Shown piece by piece: positions 57,602 through 64,000 of a stretch of 64,000 bases of DNA. Below the pieces are notes generated by a model that was not told where the DNA came from, did not search any database, and saw only the letters and a program-made list of their open reading frames with translations. The translations under genes were made by a program, and so were the position numbers. Position 1 is the first letter of the stretch. Each line of letters starts with the position of its first letter. The stretch is taken from NCBI GenBank assembly GCA_031364845.1, contig JANLWX010000018.1:12265-76264 (forward strand). The letters run 5' to 3'. This DNA is from Candidatus Eiseniibacteriota bacterium. Its GTDB lineage: Bacteria > Eisenbacteria > RBG-16-71-46.

Positions 57602-60199
57602 ATGTCGTTGAAAGCCTTGCGTTTGGTCACCGCCCTCACCCTGGTCGTGACGGTTCTGACTGTGGCCCCAAGTCTCTCGAGTGGCCAGACCGCGACCCCC
57701 ACGCGGCCCGATCGCACTGAACTCTTGCGCCGGGTGAAGAAGATCCAGGTGAAGCTGATGCTCCAGCGCGCGCAGGCGCGCCTCGCTCGCGCCAAGAAAG
57801 AAGCTCGTCAGGCCCGCATCGATCGATCGCGTGGCAAGGCGAAGCCGGCGCCCACGGCAGCCGTCCGCCAGCGCCGCAACGAAATTCCCGAGGTCGGATT
57901 CGGCCGGCCCGCGCGTCCGTTCACGAGCGCGCCCAGTCTCGGCAACTCGCTCAATGCGCTGGGCCCGAACGTGCTCGTCAACGACACCACGGGCGATCGG
58001 AACAGCGCCGCGGGTCAGGCAGAGCCCGCGATCGCGGCGTGGGGAAACTACGTGCTCGTCGCCTGGAATGACGGCCAGGGTTTCGAGGACGGACCGGGCA
58101 ACGACCTCATGGGGTACGGCTACTCGACCGATGGCGGTGTGACGTTCCGGGACGGCGGCGACATCCCGCGTCCGACCGTCAATGCGCGGTGGTCGAGCGA
58201 TCCGGTGCTGACCGTCAACGAGAAAACCGGCGAGTTCTACTTCGTCGGCCTGATCGAGCCGAGCGGCAGCACGAACGGGCTCGGGATCGCGCGCGCCACG
58301 TTCGCGGGAAACTCGATCAGCTGGAGCGGGTCGCACATCATCCGCTCGGTGAGCAATGCGACCGACTTCATCGACAAGCCGTGGGTCGCGGCCGACTCCT
58401 CGAGCGGCCGGCTCTACCTTTCCTACACGCGCTTCTTCGCTGACGTCGACGTGATCGAATTCCAGCGTTCGACCACGGCCTGGAATGCATGGGGACCGGC
58501 AGCCGCAATGAACGACGCCGGCAGCAACGGCCGCGTGCAGGGCTCGCGCCCCGCGGTCGGACCGGGCGGCGAAGTCTATGTGGTGTGGAAGGAGATCGGC
58601 CTCATCGACGTCGACTACTTCCGCATCCGCAAGTCCACGAATCAGGGCGTGAGTTTCAGCAGCCCGGCGACCGCGGCCACGATCTTCGACAACTTCGGCA
58701 CCGGAGCCCCGGGCTTCAATCGCGAGCGCGGGATCACGTTCCCCGCGATCGCCGTTGACCGCAGCCACGGCCCCAACAATGGCAGGGTCTACGTGGCGTG
58801 GAACGAGTGCATCAACTGGTACAAGGACTTCGACGTGTTCGGTTCGGCGGGTGTGCGCAATGAGATCGAGCCCAACGCGGGCCCCATCACCGCCACGGCG
58901 TTCACGCCCGGCGAAGAGCTGATCGCGTCGTTCACCAATGTCGGCGACGTCGATTTCTGGAAGTTCAATCCGACGCAAGGCACGACCTACACGTTCTGGT
59001 GCGACTCGATCCCGAATTCGCTCTACAGCATGCGCATCATCTGTTCGGACGACACCACGCGCTTGAACCTCGCGGGCGATCTCGACCCGCCGGCCAGCAA
59101 CCAGAACGGATTCATCACGTGGACGTGCCCGAGCAATGGCGAGTACTACCTGCGGATGTTCAACAACATCACCGACAACACGTCGGGCAGCTACTACCGG
59201 ATCCAGACCGGCGCGAACACGACCGGCCCCGAGCCCGGCCGCGATCAGCGCGACGTGATGGTGGCCTCGGCCGCCGACGGTTTGAGCTTCGGAGCGCCCA
59301 CGCGTCCCAACTCCGATCCCCCGTGGTTCGACAACTGGCTGCCCGAAGTCGCGGTCTCGGGTGACGGGCGGCTGTATGCGTTCTGGTACGGCTGGCACGA
59401 GGCGTTCCCGACCACGTGCGGCGGCGAGTCGAACGTATACGTCGCGCGCTCCGACGACGCCGGCCAGACGTGGCGCGACGTCGGAAAGATCAGCGACACG
59501 ACCACGCCGTGGACCTTCACGTTCTCGAACATCCAGCCCAATCAGGGCGACTATCTGGCGCTGTTCGCGAACGACCTCACGCTGTATCACGCGTGGAGCG
59601 ATGGACGCCTCGGCAATCCCGACATCTACACGCTCGCGCTACCGCTGAGCGCGACGCCGACGCTGGTGTCACTGCTCAACGCCGACGCCCAGCCGAACCG
59701 AATCACCGTGAACTGGTATTCGGCCGCCGAGCAGGTACGCGAGGCGTACGTCTACCGCCTCGAAGGCGTCGAGTGGGAGTTGAAGGGCGTGATCCAGCGC
59801 GACGGCCAGAACCGGCTCACGTACGTCGACAACGATGTGTCGCCGGGCGTGCGCTATACGTATCGGCTCGGCGTGCGCGAGGGGAACTTCGAGCGCTACA
59901 TGGGTCAGGTGTCGGTGATCGCTCCGAGTCTGCAGAAGCTGCGCATCGAAGCGGTGCGTCCGAATCCGACGGTGCGTGAGGTGTGGGTGTCGTTCACGCT
60001 TCCGAAGGCGGGGGCGGCGCGGTTGTCGTTGGTGGACATCACGGGGCGGCGGGTGCGGGAGCGCGAAGTGGGCTCGCTGGGGCAGGGGAAGCATCTGCTG
60101 GATCTGGGAACGGGGCCGGAGCTGCCTGCGGGCGTGTATGTCGTGCGGCTCGAGCAGGGCGACCGGGTGGAGACGGCCCGGGTGAGTGTGGTTCGGTAG
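57602..60199 (+). CDS. Secreted BNR/Asp-box (sialidase-like beta-propeller) protein with PPC domain and T9SS-type C-terminal sorting domain
   Basis: Signal peptide; Asp-boxes YSTDGGVTF, STNQGVSF and SDDAGQTW; GDVDFWKF pre-peptidase C-terminal domain; C-terminus GVYVVRLEQGDRVETARVSVVR. Confidence 0.7.
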   Translation: MSLKALRLVTALTLVVTVLTVAPSLSSGQTATPTRPDRTELLRRVKKIQVKLMLQRAQARLARAKKEARQARIDRSRGKAKPAPTAAVRQRRNEIPEVGFGRPARPFTSAPSLGNSLNALGPNVLVNDTTGDRNSAAGQAEPAIAAWGNYVLVAWNDGQGFEDGPGNDLMGYGYSTDGGVTFRDGGDIPRPTVNARWSSDPVLTVNEKTGEFYFVGLIEPSGSTNGLGIARATFAGNSISWSGSHIIRSVSNATDFIDKPWVAADSSSGRLYLSYTRFFADVDVIEFQRSTTAWNAWGPAAAMNDAGSNGRVQGSRPAVGPGGEVYVVWKEIGLIDVDYFRIRKSTNQGVSFSSPATAATIFDNFGTGAPGFNRERGITFPAIAVDRSHGPNNGRVYVAWNECINWYKDFDVFGSAGVRNEIEPNAGPITATAFTPGEELIASFTNVGDVDFWKFNPTQGTTYTFWCDSIPNSLYSMRIICSDDTTRLNLAGDLDPPASNQNGFITWTCPSNGEYYLRMFNNITDNTSGSYYRIQTGANTTGPEPGRDQRDVMVASAADGLSFGAPTRPNSDPPWFDNWLPEVAVSGDGRLYAFWYGWHEAFPTTCGGESNVYVARSDDAGQTWRDVGKISDTTTPWTFTFSNIQPNQGDYLALFANDLTLYHAWSDGRLGNPDIYTLALPLSATPTLVSLLNADAQPNRITVNWYSAAEQVREAYVYRLEGVEWELKGVIQRDGQNRLTYVDNDVSPGVRYTYRLGVREGNFERYMGQVSVIAPSLQKLRIEAVRPNPTVREVWVSFTLPKAGAARLSLVDITGRRVREREVGSLGQGKHLLDLGTGPELPAGVYVVRLEQGDRVETARVSVVR

Positions 60200-60213
60200 G
60201 TTCACCCGCGATG

Positions 60214-62889
60214 CTACCGTGGGCGATCACTCCAGCGGCGCTTGATTTCCGTATTCCAGTTCTGAATCACTGAGAGAGGTTCGGTGGGGTTATCTGCCTG
60301 AGTGATGATCAGGAAACGCTGGCCGTCGCCCGATGGGGCGTAGATCGAAATCGCTTGCGAAACACTGATGCGAGTGTTGAAGAGAGCAATGGGAGCGCTC
60401 GCAGCGAAGCCGAGATCGGTGGTGATAGTGACGGCCATCAGCCTGCCGTCGATTCCCAGGTAGTACAACTCGCGGCCGTCGGCGCGCCAGGTCGGCTGGT
60501 ACCCGCCGCTGGTCGAAATCTGCCACTTGCCGCCCGGGCCCGGAAAGTCCTGAACGTAGACTTCCAATTGTCCGGACTCGTCACAGGCGTAGGCGAGCCA
60601 GTGTCCGTCGGGCGAAAAGCGAGCGTGGCCTTCGATAAACGCCGTGTGCGCGAATGGGATCGGCTTGCGGTCGCCGAACAGCGGGAGAATCCATATGTCG
60701 GTGCTCGTGGTCGGATTCGCCTCCTGGTAAGCGAGAAAGCGGCCATCACTGGACCAGCTCGTGAGGTTTTTATCGAAGGGTGAAGTGAGCAACGTCGATT
60801 CTGTTCCCGCCCCGCTTGAGGGTTTCTGATAGAGATTGTCGATCCCGCCATTTCGATCGGATGAGAACGCGATCCGGGAGCCATCGGGAGACCATAGGGG
60901 CGAGTTGTCATTGGACGCGTCGAAGGTGAATCGCGTTTTGGTTCCGCGGTCCGGGTCGATGATCCAGAGGTCGCGATTTGTGGTCTCAGTGTCCCGAATC
61001 CTCAGGACCACGCGCCTCTGATCAGGAGACAGGGAGAGATTGGTGAGGTCTCCTGATGAGCCCACCGGCTTTCCAATTCCCCCGCTCCGCTCCATCCAGA
61101 TCATTAGAGAGCGCCCGTCAAAATCTGAGTCGTAATAGACCAGCGTGCCGTTGTCGGAAACCGAGAAGTCGGCGAGCCCATTGCTGCCCGCACCGACTCT
61201 ATCGGCGACCGGCACGATTTCTCCGGTGACCTTCAAACTCCGGGCGTCGAAGGGCTGCGCCACCAGCATGCGGTCCTTCACATACATCAAATAACCCGCG
61301 GGGGAATACTCGACCCGGCTGCCGCCCACACCGAGAAGCTTCTGCTTGCCGGTCTTGAGATCCATGACCCACATCTCGTTCGAGCCCGAAGTACGCTGGC
61401 GCTGGTAAAGCATGTGGCGTCCGTCGGGCAGGAACTCCGGCCAACCCAGGCTGCCCGAGTCGGGGGACACGAGAATGTTCACCGCGCCTCCCACGGCCCG
61501 GACACTCCTGAGGGGATCGGCGCGGCGGCCATCAAAAACGATCAACCCGTCACGGCTCCACGTCCCGTCGAACCCGCTCGGGGCATCGCAGATCGTCTGT
61601 ACCGGGCCACCGGTCACGGCGACTTTCTTGAGCTTCCCGGACGCCATGAATGCGATGAAGCGGCTGTCCGGTGACCAGAACGGACGCGCGGTGATGCCAT
61701 CCGTAGAGGGGATCGGTTCGGCGGTCGACGAACCCATCGGGCGCAACCAGACCATCGATCGACCGTCCGTGCCCATCCCATTGAACGCGACGAAGCGACC
61801 GTCGGGCGAAATCCTCGGCGAACCGATACGCGCGAGGGTACGCGGCAACGTGATCTGCAGGCGCACCGACTCGACGGGGCGCTGCGGGCCGCGAAACGTC
61901 ACGAACGTGAGCACGGTCGCCGAAAGCGCCGCCGCGGCGGCCACACCCCATGCGATGCGCTCGCGGCCTTTCCGTCGTGGCGCGACTGGAGCCGGCACGC
62001 CGGCATATGAACCGCCCTCGACGATCCACTTGAGCTGGAGCATCACGTCGTGCGCACTCTGCACACGGTCGCCCGGATCCTTCGCAAGACACGTGCGGAT
62101 CACCCGGTCGAGGGCGGGAGGGGCGAGCGGCTGCAACGCGACAATCGACTGCGGCTCCGTCGACATGATCGACGATATCAGGCTCGCGCGGCTCTTGCCC
62201 TGAAACGCGGGGCGGCCGGTAGCCATCTCGTAAAGCACCGAGCCGAGCGCGAACACGTCGCTGCGCGCATCAGCCTCTTCGCCCTCGAGTTGCTCGGGCG
62301 CCATGTACTGAAACGTGCCGAGCAACGTGCCTTCCGTGGTGAGCGGCGAGGTTCCCGCCATCTCGGTCGGAAGCGATGTGAGCGCGTGCCGCGCCGACCC
62401 CGCCACCGGACTTGCGGCGACCTTGGCAAGGCCGAAGTCGAGCACTTTGGCGCCGGTGCGGGTGAGGATGACGTTTCCTGGTTTGAGATCGCGGTGAACG
62501 ATTCCCTGGCGATGGGCCTTGTCGAGCGCCGCGGCGATCTCGATGCCGTATCGCAGCGCCTGCTCCGCAGGCAGCGCGCCGCGCGCCAAGCGGTCCGCGA
62601 GCGTCTCACCTTCGAGATACTCCATGACCAGATAGTCGACACCGGACTCGTGGCCGACGTCGAACAGCGCGCAGATGTTCGGGTGCGACAGGCTCGAGAT
62701 CGCTTTCGCCTCGCGCTCGAAACGCTGGCGCAGCTCGGGGCGGTCCGCCAGATGCGAAGGAAGCACTTTGATGGCGACGATGCGATCGAGCCGGGTGTCG
62801 CGCGCCTTGTACACCTCGCCCATGCCTCCGGCGCCGATGGGGGCGAGAATCTCGTAGGGCCCGAGCCGCGACCCGGTGACGAGCGGCAT
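60214..62889 (-). CDS. Ser/Thr protein kinase with TM segment and C-terminal TolB-like PD40 beta-propeller
   Basis: Kinase subdomains GAGGMGEVY, AIK, HRDLKPGN, DFG, APE; then repeated SPDGRFVAF-type PD40 blades. Start at internal ATG 62889. The upstream 163 codons of the track ORF are antisense to the VOC gene. Confidence 0.85.
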   Translation of the reverse strand: MPLVTGSRLGPYEILAPIGAGGMGEVYKARDTRLDRIVAIKVLPSHLADRPELRQRFEREAKAISSLSHPNICALFDVGHESGVDYLVMEYLEGETLADRLARGALPAEQALRYGIEIAAALDKAHRQGIVHRDLKPGNVILTRTGAKVLDFGLAKVAASPVAGSARHALTSLPTEMAGTSPLTTEGTLLGTFQYMAPEQLEGEEADARSDVFALGSVLYEMATGRPAFQGKSRASLISSIMSTEPQSIVALQPLAPPALDRVIRTCLAKDPGDRVQSAHDVMLQLKWIVEGGSYAGVPAPVAPRRKGRERIAWGVAAAAALSATVLTFVTFRGPQRPVESVRLQITLPRTLARIGSPRISPDGRFVAFNGMGTDGRSMVWLRPMGSSTAEPIPSTDGITARPFWSPDSRFIAFMASGKLKKVAVTGGPVQTICDAPSGFDGTWSRDGLIVFDGRRADPLRSVRAVGGAVNILVSPDSGSLGWPEFLPDGRHMLYQRQRTSGSNEMWVMDLKTGKQKLLGVGGSRVEYSPAGYLMYVKDRMLVAQPFDARSLKVTGEIVPVADRVGAGSNGLADFSVSDNGTLVYYDSDFDGRSLMIWMERSGGIGKPVGSSGDLTNLSLSPDQRRVVLRIRDTETTNRDLWIIDPDRGTKTRFTFDASNDNSPLWSPDGSRIAFSSDRNGGIDNLYQKPSSGAGTESTLLTSPFDKNLTSWSSDGRFLAYQEANPTTSTDIWILPLFGDRKPIPFAHTAFIEGHARFSPDGHWLAYACDESGQLEVYVQDFPGPGGKWQISTSGGYQPTWRADGRELYYLGIDGRLMAVTITTDLGFAASAPIALFNTRISVSQAISIYAPSGDGQRFLIITQADNPTEPLSVIQNWNTEIKRRWSDRPR

Positions 62890-63281
62890 CAGTCGGGCAG
62901 CTGCATGAGGGCGATCGAGGCGCCGGCGGGGTCGCGGACGACTCCCATGGTGCCGTAAGAGCCGAGCTCCCGCGGGCCGGCGAGGACGGTGCCGCCGTGT
63001 TTGCGGCATTGTTCGAAGCTCTCGTCGAGGTTGGCGACGATGACGTAACTCAGCCACTGGGCGGGCAGGCCTAAGTTGTGGCCGCGGGCGTGGCAGATAC
63101 CGGCGACGACGGCGCCGGTTTCGGGTTCGTTCATGGTCCAGTCGTTGTACTCGCCCATGTCCACGGCGGTGGCCTTCCAGCCTGTGACGGCAGAGTAGAA
63201 CTCCCTGAGCTCGTTGGCGTCGGGGGCGGTCAGATCCAGCCATGCGATCGAACCGATCGCGGCGCGCGTGGATTCGCTCAT
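62889..63281 (-). CDS. VOC/glyoxalase-family protein
   Basis: 130 aa from ATG 63281 (MSESTRAAIGSIAWLDL). Its stop overlaps the kinase start by 1 nt. Confidence 0.7.
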   Translation of the reverse strand: MSESTRAAIGSIAWLDLTAPDANELREFYSAVTGWKATAVDMGEYNDWTMNEPETGAVVAGICHARGHNLGLPAQWLSYVIVANLDESFEQCRKHGGTVLAGPRELGSYGTMGVVRDPAGASIALMQLPD

Positions 63282-63461
63282 GAGTGTCCTCCTCGGATCG
63301 GGGGGTCGGGCGCCGGATGTAGCGCCTGCAACACCCTCGCAAACTGCCCCACCAAGACCACCGGGGCAAGTTTTCCATTGACGCGCGGGGCGGTATGTCG
63401 TTTCATACACGGCCCCGCATAATTATTCATCCTGGGGTCCGGGAACGCCACGAGGGTCCCA

Positions 63462-63956
63462 ATGAACCGTTCACGCCGTCTCACGCTCGTCGCCCAACTG
63501 CTCGGTGGCAAGCGATTCTCGAGTCAGGAAGAGCTGGTGAAGGCGCTCGCGCGCGCGGGCGTCGAGGTCACGCAGGCGACGCTGTCGCGCGACCTGCGCA
63601 GCCTCGGCGTGCTCAAGCGCCACGACGGCGAAGGACGCGCGACGTACGAACTGTCGGGACCGGCCGTAGAAACTCTGGATCGCGAACGCCGGCTGCTCGA
63701 TCTGAAGGCGTTCGTCAACGACGTGCGCGTGGCGCAGAACCTCGCGATCGTGCGCACGCCGCCGGGTCACGCGAACGGCGTGGCGCGCGCGATCGATCTC
63801 GCCGAGTTCCAGGGCGTGATGGGATCGGTGGCCGGCGATGACACGGTGCTGGTGGTGATGCAGGACGCGGTGCTTGCACGGAAGCTCAAGAAGCGGCTCG
63901 ACGCCATCGGGGCGACGGGAGTCGATCATTCCGCCAACGGAGGGTCCGCCAGGTGA
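63462..63956 (+). CDS. argR: Arginine repressor
   Basis: N-terminal wHTH (SQEELVKALARAGVEVTQATLSRDL); C-terminal oligomerisation/arginine-binding domain (GDDTVLVV). Confidence 0.85.
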   Translation: MNRSRRLTLVAQLLGGKRFSSQEELVKALARAGVEVTQATLSRDLRSLGVLKRHDGEGRATYELSGPAVETLDRERRLLDLKAFVNDVRVAQNLAIVRTPPGHANGVARAIDLAEFQGVMGSVAGDDTVLVVMQDAVLARKLKKRLDAIGATGVDHSANGGSAR

Positions 63957-64000
63957 GCGCGACGGTGTCTTCGGTCTCCAATCCGGTTGCACAGGATGCG

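Noticed and set aside
1-64000. CRISPR arrays and tRNA/rRNA genes
   Set aside because: No regularly spaced direct repeats with unique spacers were seen. The only tandem repeats are the coding 18-bp units. No tRNA cloverleaf candidates were found in the intergenic regions, though this was checked by eye, not exhaustively.

Overview
High-GC (~70%) bacterial chromosomal window. The T9SS-type C-terminal sorting domains, the futalosine-like UbiA/UbiX/UbiD menaquinone genes and a Fibrobacter-type LexA box all point to the FCB superphylum, probably Gemmatimonadetes-like. On the minus strand the window holds the conserved origin-proximal block rpmH-rnpA-yidD-yidC-jag-mnmE-mnmG-rsmG-parA-parB with two parS-like sites. 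This block is extended by bactofilin, a tandem retropepsin/PDZ protease and a DMT transporter. Other gene sets are a prenylated-quinone cluster (UbiD, UbiX, UbiA-like, VKOR-DsbA fusion, methyltransferase), an ECF sigma/anti-sigma/GAF-kinase module, a long plus-strand run (GT-C/TPR membrane protein, esterase, ABC exporter, MFS, receiver, queE-queC-queD), a second GT-C/TPR paralog next to an N-terminally extended peptidoglycan transglycosylase, a complete his operon, fhs, a Ser/Thr kinase-PD40 propeller fusion and argR. Most novel observations: (1) lexA is followed by a solo IS200/IS605-family Y1 transposase gene (tnpA), and both genes carry a TGCAC-N4-GTGCA palindrome in their promoter region that matches the Fibrobacter-type LexA box, suggesting an SOS-controlled HuH transposase. 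(2) A histidine-rich leader ORF (6 His in 9 codons) with a textbook 1:2/2:3/3:4 attenuator lies upstream of hisG. (3) hisD and hisC are fused in frame. (4) Two adjacent housekeeping genes (rsmG, jag) carry 18-bp tandem repeats encoding Arg/Pro/Glu/Gly-rich hexapeptides. Many long ORFs antisense to real genes are treated as high-GC artefacts.
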